In this document: positions 9,383 through 18,138 of the stretch, piece by piece
Position numbering within the stretch: position 1 is the first letter of the stretch
How the letters are laid out: each line of letters starts with the position of its first letter
NCBI GenBank assembly: GCA_020348865.1
Contig: CP070754.1
Coordinates: forward strand, 808,612-861,834
Length of the DNA: 53,223 nucleotides
Source: Candidatus Bathyarchaeota archaeon
GTDB lineage: Archaea > Thermoproteota > Bathyarchaeia > Bathyarchaeales > Bathyarchaeaceae
Direction: 5' to 3'
Translations under genes and position numbers: made by a program
Notes under the pieces: generated by a model
The model's database searches: none
The model's input: the letters and a program-made list of their open reading frames with translations, nothing else
Told to the model about the DNA's origin: nothing

Positions 9383-10171
9383 TTGGAGAGAGCGGAAGCC
9401 TTTGTCAGTTTAGTTAGGCCTAGGCATACAGCTCAAATTGTGGGAATAGTCGCAATCGTCAGCATTGCAAGTCATGGTTTAACCACAACTTCTCTGTATG
9501 CCATCATTTCATCTCTTTTCCTATCAATCTCCATTTTCTTTCTTGATGATGCCCATGATTATGAGAGCGACCGGGTAGCGCACCCACGACGACCGGTTCC
9601 AAGAGGGCTGATTACAACTCGACAAGCCTACACAATTAGCGCCATCCTGATGCTCTTGGGAATCTTGTCGGCCTCCATGCTCTTCTTTTATCAGTTCGTC
9701 ATCTTCCTTACATCAACAATTGTTGCAGTCGCAATTAGTGTCCTTAACATCAACTCTCTATTGAGAGCCTCACTCTCTGCTTTTCTAATCTGGACATTGT
9801 TTCCTTTCGGCGCTTTTCCTGATCTGAAGACTGCGCTTTTCGGATTAATAGTAGCACTTCCTCATGTTGGAGGCTCCATTACAAAGGATTTCATTCACTC
9901 GCGAGGAGACATAATTCAAGGATTAAAGCCTCCACCAGATTGGTCGAAATACCTAGCAAGTACTATATTCTTCTTGTCTGGCTGCATCGTTTGGGTACCT
10001 AAAATGCTAGAGTTTGTCACCTGGCTTTACATACCACCCATTACCGTCACTTGTGTAAGCTGCATGGTTCTTGGAGTCAAGATTTCGAGAGGACACTATG
10101 AGAAGGTCTACATCTATGGAGGCATTGGAATGTGTTCAACCCTAGCTGCGTTTCTCCTGGGGGGATTCTGA
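9383..10171 (+). CDS. UbiA-family prenyltransferase
   Basis: Polytopic membrane protein with the Asp-rich motif FFLDDAHDYESD followed by RRPVPRG. Substrate (quinone, lipid or haem) cannot be told from sequence. Confidence 0.7.
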   Translation: MERAEAFVSLVRPRHTAQIVGIVAIVSIASHGLTTTSLYAIISSLFLSISIFFLDDAHDYESDRVAHPRRPVPRGLITTRQAYTISAILMLLGILSASMLFFYQFVIFLTSTIVAVAISVLNINSLLRASLSAFLIWTLFPFGAFPDLKTALFGLIVALPHVGGSITKDFIHSRGDIIQGLKPPPDWSKYLASTIFFLSGCIVWVPKMLEFVTWLYIPPITVTCVSCMVLGVKISRGHYEKVYIYGGIGMCSTLAAFLLGGF

Positions 10172-10220
10172 CACCAAACTTAAATATGAAAAAGAGCATC
10201 CAACGTTCTAAGGGATTTCT

Positions 10221-10532
10221 ATGATTGGAGTGCAAGAATTGATTCTCATTCTTGCAATACTCCTGCTAGTTTTTGGCCCATCGAAGCTCCCAAAAATCGC
10301 AAGAGAACTCGGAAAAGCATGGCACGAATTCAACAAAGCAAGCTCTGGAGTAATTGAAGCAGTGAACTCACAGACCACAACCAAGAAAGAGGAGACCAAG
10401 AAAGGGGATAAAAACAAGCTTCTCTTAAAAGCTGCAGAAAAACTGAATGTGAACGCTGAAGAAAAGACAGATGAGCAGTTGACAAGAGAGATCTTGACGA
10501 AAATGATAAATAAGGAGGAAACTTCTAACTAG
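10221..10532 (+). CDS. tatA: twin-arginine translocase TatA/E
   Basis: N-terminal TM helix plus hinge plus amphipathic helix: ELILILAILLLVFGPSKLPKIARELGKAWHEF. Confidence 0.85.
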   Translation: MIGVQELILILAILLLVFGPSKLPKIARELGKAWHEFNKASSGVIEAVNSQTTTKKEETKKGDKNKLLLKAAEKLNVNAEEKTDEQLTREILTKMINKEETSN

Positions 10533-10546
10533 AAACCAGAGGTGCA

Positions 10547-10819
10547 ATGATGTTTGGTTTGGGCTGGCCTGAATTGGTCATAATTATGGTTATACTTTTG
10601 CTTCTGTTTGGAGGATCAAGACTCAAGGGCTTGGCCAAAGGCTTTGGCGAAAGCATAAGAGAGTTCAAGCAAGCATCTTCAGATCAGCCTGTGAAAGAGA
10701 GCACGGAAAGAGATGCTATCATTGAAGCTGCGAAGAAGATGGGAATCAAGACTGAAGACAAAGACACAGCACAGATCCTCAGAGAAATGAACGAGCAACT
10801 CGTCGAAACGAAAAAATAG
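10547..10819 (+). CDS. tatA: twin-arginine translocase TatA/E, second copy
   Basis: VIIMVILLLLFGGSRLKGLAKGFGESIREFK has the same architecture as the preceding gene. Confidence 0.8.
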   Translation: MMFGLGWPELVIIMVILLLLFGGSRLKGLAKGFGESIREFKQASSDQPVKESTERDAIIEAAKKMGIKTEDKDTAQILREMNEQLVETKK

Positions 10820-10839
10820 GAAACTGCTCTGCGTCATTC

Positions 10840-11649
10840 TTGCTTATGATAGCGGATGATTTGATGAATGAAAAGAAGAAAGCAGAGCTGACTTTTTGGG
10901 GTCACCTGGCAGAACTGCTCAATCGAGTTCGCATGATACTTTACTCGGTCATAATCTCATCAATTGTCGTGATGGTAGTTCCTATCGGCGCGGATTTTTC
11001 CGTCGAAAACCCATTTTACACTACAATCGCGTCTTTTACAATCAAGAATCTGCAAGAGAAATTTCTCCCAGACGGAGCAATGCTATTACCATTGAGCTTC
11101 ACTGCACCATTGGAGGTTTACATCTTTGTGTCGATTATCCTAGGAGTCACAATTAGCCTGCCAGTGATTTCCTATGAACTCTACAAATTCATCAATCCAG
11201 CGTTGCGCAAAGACGAAAGAAAGGCTGCTCTACAATTTGTGGCATCGTTTGCAGGGCTGTTTATTCTCGGTTTTGTCATAGGATATTTGTTTGTAATTCC
11301 AGCGACCATGCGAATGCTCTTTTCGTTTTCGAGCCTGCTAGACCTCCCACCAACATACGATTTTGCCGCTTTCTTCTCAATAGTTGGATTCAGTCTACTA
11401 CTGTGCGGTTTGGTGTTTACGTTTCCAACGTACATTGTCCTGCTCGTGAAGGCTGGAATTCTGAAGACCAGACACATAACCAAGAATCGAAAATACTTGT
11501 ATGGAGTACTCCTTATCATAATCGCACTTCTGGACCCAGAACCTGGTCTCATAACTGAGGGCTTCGTGTTCATACCTCTCGTAATACTAACAGAGATAAG
11601 CATAATAATCTCAAGGCGGATTGAAAAATCTCGTGAAATGTCAGGGTAG
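10840..11649 (+). CDS. tatC: twin-arginine translocase TatC
   Basis: Six predicted TM helices. N-terminal box LTFWGHLAELLNRVR. The more likely start is ATG 10864 (MNEKKK...). Confidence 0.85.
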   Translation: MLMIADDLMNEKKKAELTFWGHLAELLNRVRMILYSVIISSIVVMVVPIGADFSVENPFYTTIASFTIKNLQEKFLPDGAMLLPLSFTAPLEVYIFVSIILGVTISLPVISYELYKFINPALRKDERKAALQFVASFAGLFILGFVIGYLFVIPATMRMLFSFSSLLDLPPTYDFAAFFSIVGFSLLLCGLVFTFPTYIVLLVKAGILKTRHITKNRKYLYGVLLIIIALLDPEPGLITEGFVFIPLVILTEISIIISRRIEKSREMSG

Positions 11650-11762
11650 TTTTAATGACTACCTGTGAGAGGATCAAACCTTGCCAATAGTTTCAACATG
11701 CATGAGATTTTTAAGAGATAACGATGGGTTAGTTATTTGCACAGACCTGCAAACTTTCAAGG

Positions 11763-12092
11763 ATGATTGATTCTATGCCAGGAATCGCCCTCATAGCGGA
11801 CAGGAAAACTGCAACAAGCTTCAAGCTAGCAGGTCTGAAGGATGTTTACCATGTGAAGAACGCTGAAGAGGCCGAGAATCACATACGAAGGCTTTCGGAG
11901 AAACCTGGCTTGGCGATCATTCTTGTTGAAGAAAGCATAGTTGACCAAATCCCCGATGTAATTGAGAAAGTCGCCGAGCGCAAGTACCCACTAGTTGTCC
12001 CCATTCCAGGAGCTCGAGGCTCGATTGCGATGAAAACAGATCTCATAGTCGAGCTCATCAGACGCAAAGCCGGGATAGAGGTCAAGCTTTGA
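11763..12092 (+). CDS. atpF: A-type ATP synthase subunit F
   Basis: 109 aa. IALIADRKTATSFKLAGL and IILVEESI blocks. Immediately upstream of atpA. Confidence 0.8.
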   Translation: MIDSMPGIALIADRKTATSFKLAGLKDVYHVKNAEEAENHIRRLSEKPGLAIILVEESIVDQIPDVIEKVAERKYPLVVPIPGARGSIAMKTDLIVELIRRKAGIEVKL

Positions 12093-12125
12093 CAAGGTTT
12101 GAGCGAAAATAAACGGTGATTTGAT

Positions 12126-13910
12126 TTGTCAAGTGTTGGAACGATCTCGCGGGTCGCGGGTCCATTCCTCCTCGCCAAAGGAATGGCTGGTTCTCGGATG
12201 TACGAGTTGGTGCGGGTAGGCGAAGCTGGTGTGATAGGCGAAATAGTACGCCTTGATGGAGAAAAAGCAGCAATACAAGCCTACGAGGAGACAATTGGGA
12301 TAAAACCTGGTGAGAAAGTTGTGGGAACTGGCAAGCCCTTATCCGTGGAACTTGGTCCTGGGCTCGTCGGGCAAATATATGATGGAATTCAGCGTCCCCT
12401 CTCTGTTATCCAGGACTTGATTGGACCACGAATCCGTAGAGGAGTGGCTCCTCCAGCTCTGGATCACAAGAAGAAGTGGTCTTTTCAACCCATGGTGAAA
12501 GAGAAAACGAAAATCCTCAGTGGAGACGCAATCGGAATGGTGCAGGAGACTCCACTAGTCAAACACTGGATTCTTGTTCCACCATGGATCAAAGAGGGAT
12601 TTGTTGAGAGCATAGTTCCTGAGGGCAAATACGAGGTGACCCATCCGATAGCCCAGGTCAAGACGACAGAAGGCTCGGAGAAACTGCATTTGATGCATAG
12701 TTGGCCTGTACGACAACCTCGACCCTACAAAACAATGTTACCCACAGACGTCCCGTTGCTAACTGGTCAGCGAATAATCGATGCTTTCTTCCCCACGGCC
12801 AAGGGTGGAACGGCTACGATACCTGGGGGCTTCGGAGCTGGAAAGACTGTTATGTTACAGTCACTTGCACAATGGGCTGATGCAGATATAGTTATACTTG
12901 TAGGTTGTGGCGAACGTGGAAACGAGATGGCTGACGTCATTGAGAAATTCCCGAAACTGAAGGACTACCGTTCCGGAAAGCTACTAATGAACAGAACTGT
13001 CATAGTAGCAAATACTTCGGACATGCCAATCGCTGCTCGAGAGTCAAGCATCTACACTGCCATAACGCTAGCTGAGTACTATAGAGACATGGGTTATGAT
13101 GTTGCGGTGATGGCTGATTCTACTTCGAGATGGGCCGAGGCCCTTCGCGAGATTTCCGGTCGGCTAGAGGAGATGCCTGGTGAGGAAGGTTACCCCGCAT
13201 ATCTTGCGTCAAGGCTAGCTGAATTCTATGCGAGAGCGGGGCGCGTCACGACATGCGGTAGCGACGAGAAGTGTGGATCAATCACGGCAATAGGGGCCGT
13301 CTCGCCTCCTGGCGGTGACTTCTCAGAGCCAGTTACAGGACACACACTCAGGTTAACAAGGGTTTTCTGGGCGCTTGACTTCTCTCTAGCGCACCGTCGC
13401 CACTTTCCCGCTATCAACTGGTTCATGAGCTATTCAGAGTATATGCGTTCGTTTGAAAGTTGGTATGAGAACGTTGGTCCAGACTGGCCGAAACTTCGCG
13501 AAGAGGCAATGTCCCTGTTGAAGGAGGAGGAAGAGCTGAAAGAAGTAGTCTCGTTGGTCGGAGCAGAGATCTTAGGAGATAAACAACGCTGCGTCTTTGA
13601 AGTCGCAAAGATGTTGAAAGAGTATTTCTTGCTGCAGAACGCTTTTCATCCCGTTGACATGTATTGTCCGATTAAGAAAACCTATCAAATGCTCCGTTTG
13701 ATACTAGAGTTTTATGAGAGAACAAAGCAAGCGGTGGCCCGAGGCGTGCCCTTGACTCAGGTGCTTTCACTTGGAGTGAAGGGGGAGCTTGCGCGAATGA
13801 AGATTGTGCGCCCTGAAGAATTCGATGAAACAAACCTAGCAATCACGAAGAAGATGAGTGAACAGTTCGGCCAGCTTGCAGAGGAAACACCGGAAGGCGA
13901 ATCAGTATGA
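12126..13910 (+). CDS. atpA: A-type ATP synthase catalytic subunit A
   Basis: 594 aa. Walker A GGFGAGKT. Blocks [14 protein letters not shown] and [32 protein letters not shown]. Normal length, so no intein. Confidence 0.95.
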   Translation: MSSVGTISRVAGPFLLAKGMAGSRMYELVRVGEAGVIGEIVRLDGEKAAIQAYEETIGIKPGEKVVGTGKPLSVELGPGLVGQIYDGIQRPLSVIQDLIGPRIRRGVAPPALDHKKKWSFQPMVKEKTKILSGDAIGMVQETPLVKHWILVPPWIKEGFVESIVPEGKYEVTHPIAQVKTTEGSEKLHLMHSWPVRQPRPYKTMLPTDVPLLTGQRIIDAFFPTAKGGTATIPGGFGAGKTVMLQSLAQWADADIVILVGCGERGNEMADVIEKFPKLKDYRSGKLLMNRTVIVANTSDMPIAARESSIYTAITLAEYYRDMGYDVAVMADSTSRWAEALREISGRLEEMPGEEGYPAYLASRLAEFYARAGRVTTCGSDEKCGSITAIGAVSPPGGDFSEPVTGHTLRLTRVFWALDFSLAHRRHFPAINWFMSYSEYMRSFESWYENVGPDWPKLREEAMSLLKEEEELKEVVSLVGAEILGDKQRCVFEVAKMLKEYFLLQNAFHPVDMYCPIKKTYQMLRLILEFYERTKQAVARGVPLTQVLSLGVKGELARMKIVRPEEFDETNLAITKKMSEQFGQLAEETPEGESV

Positions 13911-15331
13911 GCGAAGTAACTAGAACCGGTCGGAAGTTCTTCACAATTAGAGAGATTTCCGGACCCTTGCTTTTTGTAGAAGAGGTGAGCGGTGTCGGGT
14001 ACGGAGAACTCCTTGAGGTACTTACTGCAGACGGTGAAGAAAGGACGGGGCAGGTCATTGACGTGAGCGAGGGGATTACCACTGTTCAAGTTTTCCAGGG
14101 GACCTCTGACCTTGATGTCAAGGCATCCGCTGTCCGCTTCACCGGTGAGACCATCAAGTTGCCAGTTTCGATGGATATGCTGGGGAGAGTGTTCACCGGA
14201 GGTGGCAAAGTCGCCGATGGCGGACCGGAATTAATTCCCGAGGATTACTGGGATATTCATGGAGCCCCTATCAATCCATATTCAAGGGAGCATCCAATTG
14301 ACTTCATTCAGACTGGAATCTCGGTCATCGATTGTATGAACCCGTTAGTGCGAGGGCAGAAGCTTCCTCTCTTCTCAGGATCAGGCCTTCCGCACAAGCT
14401 CATTGCATCTCAAATAGTCAGACAGGCAAAAGTGAGAGGACAGGAAGAAGCTTTCACAATAGTATTCGCGGCGATGGGCATAACTGCTGATGAAGCTAGA
14501 TTCTTCAGAGAGGACTTCATGAGTATGGGTGTGCTCAGCCGAGTAGCGATATTTATCAATCTGGCTGAGGATCCCGCCATCGAGAGAATAATAACCCCCC
14601 GGCTTGCACTCACTGCTGCGGAGTACTTCGCATTTGAGCAGGGTATGCATGTCCTCGCAATCTTGATTGATATGACAAATTATTGTGAAGCACTGCGTGA
14701 AATCTCTGCTGCCCGCATGGAAATCCCTGGTAGACGGGGCTATCCAGGATACATGTACACTGACTTGGCAAGCATATATGAAAGGGCCGGTAGAATTCGA
14801 GGGAAGAGTGGATCCATAACACAAATGCCAATCTTGACAATGCCGGATGATGATATTACCCATCCAATTCCGGATTTGACAGGCTATATCACAGAGGGTC
14901 AGATTATTCTGGACAGGAAGGTACACAAAACCGGCCTATATCCGCCCATAGACCCTTTGCCATCCCTCTCTCGGCTAATGGACAAAGGAATTGGCCCTGG
15001 CAAAACAAGGGAAGACCACAAACAGCTGTCCGACCAGCTTTACTATGCCTACGCTGAAGGAAAGGTTCTCCGAGAGACGGCACTGGTCTCTGGTGAAGCA
15101 GCATTAACCAAGGTTGACAAACTCTACTTGCAATTCGCAGACAGATTTGAGAGAGATTTCATAGGTCAAGGGACAAGCGAAAATCGCGACATAGAGAAGA
15201 CCCTTGATCTGGGATGGGAGTTTTTGTCGGTGCTTCCTGAATCCGAGTTTTCCAGGATTGATCCAGATATCATAAAGAAGTACTCTCCTAAACATACGCG
15301 TAAGGATGCTGATAATAGCCTTGTCAGTTGA
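13907..15331 (+). CDS. atpB: A-type ATP synthase subunit B
   Basis: 474 aa. ATGA overlap with atpA. Blocks [28 protein letters not shown] and [28 protein letters not shown]. Confidence 0.95.
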   Translation: MSEVTRTGRKFFTIREISGPLLFVEEVSGVGYGELLEVLTADGEERTGQVIDVSEGITTVQVFQGTSDLDVKASAVRFTGETIKLPVSMDMLGRVFTGGGKVADGGPELIPEDYWDIHGAPINPYSREHPIDFIQTGISVIDCMNPLVRGQKLPLFSGSGLPHKLIASQIVRQAKVRGQEEAFTIVFAAMGITADEARFFREDFMSMGVLSRVAIFINLAEDPAIERIITPRLALTAAEYFAFEQGMHVLAILIDMTNYCEALREISAARMEIPGRRGYPGYMYTDLASIYERAGRIRGKSGSITQMPILTMPDDDITHPIPDLTGYITEGQIILDRKVHKTGLYPPIDPLPSLSRLMDKGIGPGKTREDHKQLSDQLYYAYAEGKVLRETALVSGEAALTKVDKLYLQFADRFERDFIGQGTSENRDIEKTLDLGWEFLSVLPESEFSRIDPDIIKKYSPKHTRKDADNSLVS

Positions 15332-15977
15332 GCTTACAGGCATACATCCAACGCGCCTAGAACTTCTAAGGCTTAGACGTCGTAAGAAGATGGCTGAAGG
15401 GATAGTTGATATCCTGAAGAAAGATTTGGATGCACTGACAGTGACGCTTTTCGAGTTCTTGAAAGAAATACCCTCCTTGCGAGGCCAAATTCATGAAGTC
15501 TGCAATGAAGCCTATGGCTTATTCGTCGAGGCTGAGATGATCGCAGGCTCAAAAATCGAAGAAATCTCACTGGTCTCTCAATCAATCGACTTTGATGTCG
15601 ACATAGATGAAAGAAGTGGGATTCTTGGGATCTCACTCCCAACTTTTCAGCTTACTGATGGATCAGCTAGCAACTTGCGACCTCGTTTCAGCCTAATAGA
15701 TACCCCAGCAAAGCTAGATGAGTCGGCTCTGAAGACTGAGGTTGCGCTCACTCACGCTGTAAAACTTGCTGAAATAGAGGCATCTATGCGAGAGATTCTT
15801 GACGTCATTTCGGTTAAGAAGCGGCAAATAAACAGGATTCAATACAAGATTCTGCCACAACTAGACGCCTCAATACGGTATATTGAGCTGATTCTTGAAG
15901 AAACGGAACGGCAAGACGCCATCAGAGTAAGAGTTCTGCAAAGAAAAAGAAAGGAGCGGGCTTTGAGATCGAATTGA
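15306..15977 (+). CDS. atpD: A-type ATP synthase central-stalk subunit D
   Basis: N-terminal [18 protein letters not shown] and C-terminal coiled coil. Start uncertain (ATG 15306 overlapping atpB, or TTG 15321). Confidence 0.85.
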   Translation: MLIIALSVELTGIHPTRLELLRLRRRKKMAEGIVDILKKDLDALTVTLFEFLKEIPSLRGQIHEVCNEAYGLFVEAEMIAGSKIEEISLVSQSIDFDVDIDERSGILGISLPTFQLTDGSASNLRPRFSLIDTPAKLDESALKTEVALTHAVKLAEIEASMREILDVISVKKRQINRIQYKILPQLDASIRYIELILEETERQDAIRVRVLQRKRKERALRSN

Positions 15978-16010
15978 GCGATCAGTAAGTGAATGTCACG
16001 GTGGTTTTGA

Positions 16011-17096
16011 GTGAGCGCATGGAAATATAAGAGCCTAACGTCTAAGGTCATAGTTCGTAAGCTTAGGCTTATCAAGCAAGAGGATATGGCTGACCTAGCT
16101 GGACGAAGCCTCCAGGATATTCTCCCGGTGTTGAAACGTACACCGTATCAGACTGAGATTTCGGAGATTCCTGTTGAACAGCGCAATTCTGTTTCCCTGG
16201 AAAAGGCTTTCCTGAAGAATCTCATCAGAACTTATAGGGGAATCATGAGAGATTCACCAAAAGATATTGCCCTCCTACTCTCTGCGGTTCTCATGAAGTT
16301 TGAAGCGAACAATGTAAAAGCCATACTCAGAGCAAAAAACGCTGAACTAGATGTTGGTGAGGCCTTGAAATTCATCACGCCCACAGAAAGACTAGATGAG
16401 ATTAGGTGCCAACAGATTTTACATGACTGCAAAAATATTCGCGATGTAGTTGAGTCTCTTTCAGACTTCGAATATAGACCAGCGCTTGAAGAAGCGCTGA
16501 GAGAGTATGAGAAGACAGGGGTCTTCCTTATACTCGAAATTGCCCTGGATAAATATGTGTACGGCAAGATTTGGAGGGCTGCTAGAAAGCTCAGAGGCTT
16601 GGACGGAAAGATTGCGAGAATGGTTCTCGGGATTGAGATAGATTCCATAAATGTCAAAGTCATCCTAAGATGCAAAGCAATGGGGATTGGCGAGGATCAG
16701 ACAAGACGTTGCCTTATGGTTGTATCTGAAGTATTTGGTGAAAAAGAATGGGAGGACGCTTTAAGGGCAGCTGACATAAAATCTTCTATTGAATATTTGA
16801 TGGCAGCAGCCAGACTTGCCTCGGCTAGAGATTATGGGTATATACTGACGGACCTCCAGAAGGGATATGCAGCGTCCCCAGTACTGTCACGACTGGAGAC
16901 AATTCTTGACAGAGGTTTGCTTAAGACCAGTCTGAAGATGGTGAAGAGATATACTCCCTACTACAATATTGGATTGATATTGGCTTTCTTGAACCTGAAA
17001 TGGTTCGAAGTCAAGAATTTGACGGCGGTTACAAGAGGAGTAGAAGCGGGAATCGCTCCGGAGAAAATAAGGAAGTTGCTGATTCTTCCTGGGTGA
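16011..17096 (+). CDS. atpC: A-type ATP synthase subunit C (V-type d homologue)
   Basis: 361-aa all-helical protein directly after atpD. Size, position and the N-terminal pattern (RLIKQEDMADLAGRSLQDILPVLKRTPY) fit subunit C. Confidence 0.75.
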   Translation: MSAWKYKSLTSKVIVRKLRLIKQEDMADLAGRSLQDILPVLKRTPYQTEISEIPVEQRNSVSLEKAFLKNLIRTYRGIMRDSPKDIALLLSAVLMKFEANNVKAILRAKNAELDVGEALKFITPTERLDEIRCQQILHDCKNIRDVVESLSDFEYRPALEEALREYEKTGVFLILEIALDKYVYGKIWRAARKLRGLDGKIARMVLGIEIDSINVKVILRCKAMGIGEDQTRRCLMVVSEVFGEKEWEDALRAADIKSSIEYLMAAARLASARDYGYILTDLQKGYAASPVLSRLETILDRGLLKTSLKMVKRYTPYYNIGLILAFLNLKWFEVKNLTAVTRGVEAGIAPEKIRKLLILPG

Positions 17097-17133
17097 GTGA
17101 CCGCTTGAGAATGTGTTTTCATCTTTCATTAAG

Positions 17134-17661
17134 TTATAGGCTAAGAGTTTTTTGTTTGCGACGTTTCCTGTGGCGACCTTGAATCCATTCTCTCAAGGCC
17201 AAACCGGTTTCTGCTTTTTCCAATGACCTCAGGTCATGGAGAGATGGAGGAAAATCGATGTGAATCACTCTACGGGCGTGCGCGGAAAATTCCTGCAATG
17301 TGCGCGTGATGCGACTCTTCAGAGTGTTGATGCCAGCGCGCCTGCGGAATATCGCCTCTTGTTTGCTCTCGCCATGAATTCGTTTTAGGATGCGTTCTTT
17401 TCTTAGCTTCGCTTTAGTAACGTTTGTTTCTCTTTTTATCTGAAGCCTCAACGAACTCCTTTTCTCGGATTTCAGTTTTTTCTCTAGTCTTTCTATTTTC
17501 CTTTCTAGTCTGATTGTTTCAGCGAGATGTGGATATCGCCTGCAAAAAGGTCGGTATTCAGCGGTTTCCACCATTGACCGTTCAAGCTTCATCTTCATGA
17601 ACTTCTCATAATATAAACCGTATTCCGCCTTTTCTTTCATCAGGCTTGTTTCCGATATCAT
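17134..17661 (-). CDS. hypothetical Arg/Lys-rich coiled-coil protein, tightly linked to atpK
   Basis: 175 aa. The start is 12 nt downstream of the atpK stop on the same strand. Highly basic helical repeats (RLERKIERLEKKLKSEKRSSLRLQIKRE...). No family recognised. Confidence 0.5.
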   Translation of the reverse strand: MISETSLMKEKAEYGLYYEKFMKMKLERSMVETAEYRPFCRRYPHLAETIRLERKIERLEKKLKSEKRSSLRLQIKRETNVTKAKLRKERILKRIHGESKQEAIFRRRAGINTLKSRITRTLQEFSAHARRVIHIDFPPSLHDLRSLEKAETGLALREWIQGRHRKRRKQKTLSL

Positions 17662-17673
17662 GAATTGCGTGTG

Positions 17674-18120
17674 CTATATTTGGCCAATAATCATAAATGC
17701 TATCAACAAACCGTATATTGCCAAGGCTTCAGAGAGAACAACGCCTATGACATTCGATGAAAACGTTTCAGCTCTTTCTGCCGTTGCACCGATTAGCGAA
17801 GATCCACAATAACCGATTCCAGCTGCAGCAGAAACCGCTGCGACAGCTATGATTACCCCTGAAATGAGAGCTTTGTATGCAGCTTCAATCGCTGTGATGT
17901 CAGGTAGCTTGGACAACAACATGAAGGCAATAAGCAGGCCATAGATTGCCAGTGCTTCACCTAATACGACAGTAATGATTAGCCTACTGAGTAGCTCGGG
18001 TTTCTCTGTTCCAACTCCGGCTAGGGCAGTTCCGCAGACTATGATTGCAAAGGCAGCTGAGATGAGGGGTCCACCAATCGCCAACGCTATACCCATTAGG
18101 CTAATGAGACCGGGATCCAC
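17674..18120 (-). CDS. atpK: A-type ATP synthase proteolipid (c/K subunit), duplicated 4-TM form
   Basis: 148 aa forming two hairpins. Both second helices keep the carboxylate motif (VVLGEALAIYGLLIAFM and VVLSEALAIYGLLIAFM). Confidence 0.85.
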   Translation of the reverse strand: MDPGLISLMGIALAIGGPLISAAFAIIVCGTALAGVGTEKPELLSRLIITVVLGEALAIYGLLIAFMLLSKLPDITAIEAAYKALISGVIIAVAAVSAAAGIGYCGSSLIGATAERAETFSSNVIGVVLSEALAIYGLLIAFMIIGQI

Positions 18121-18138
18121 TTCAATTTCCTCCCTGAC

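Noticed and set aside
12126-13910. Intein in atpA
   Set aside because: The 594-aa length is normal for an A subunit, and the conserved blocks are contiguous.
14381-14926. 181-aa minus-strand ORF inside atpB
   Set aside because: It lies antisense to a strongly conserved gene and has no motifs.
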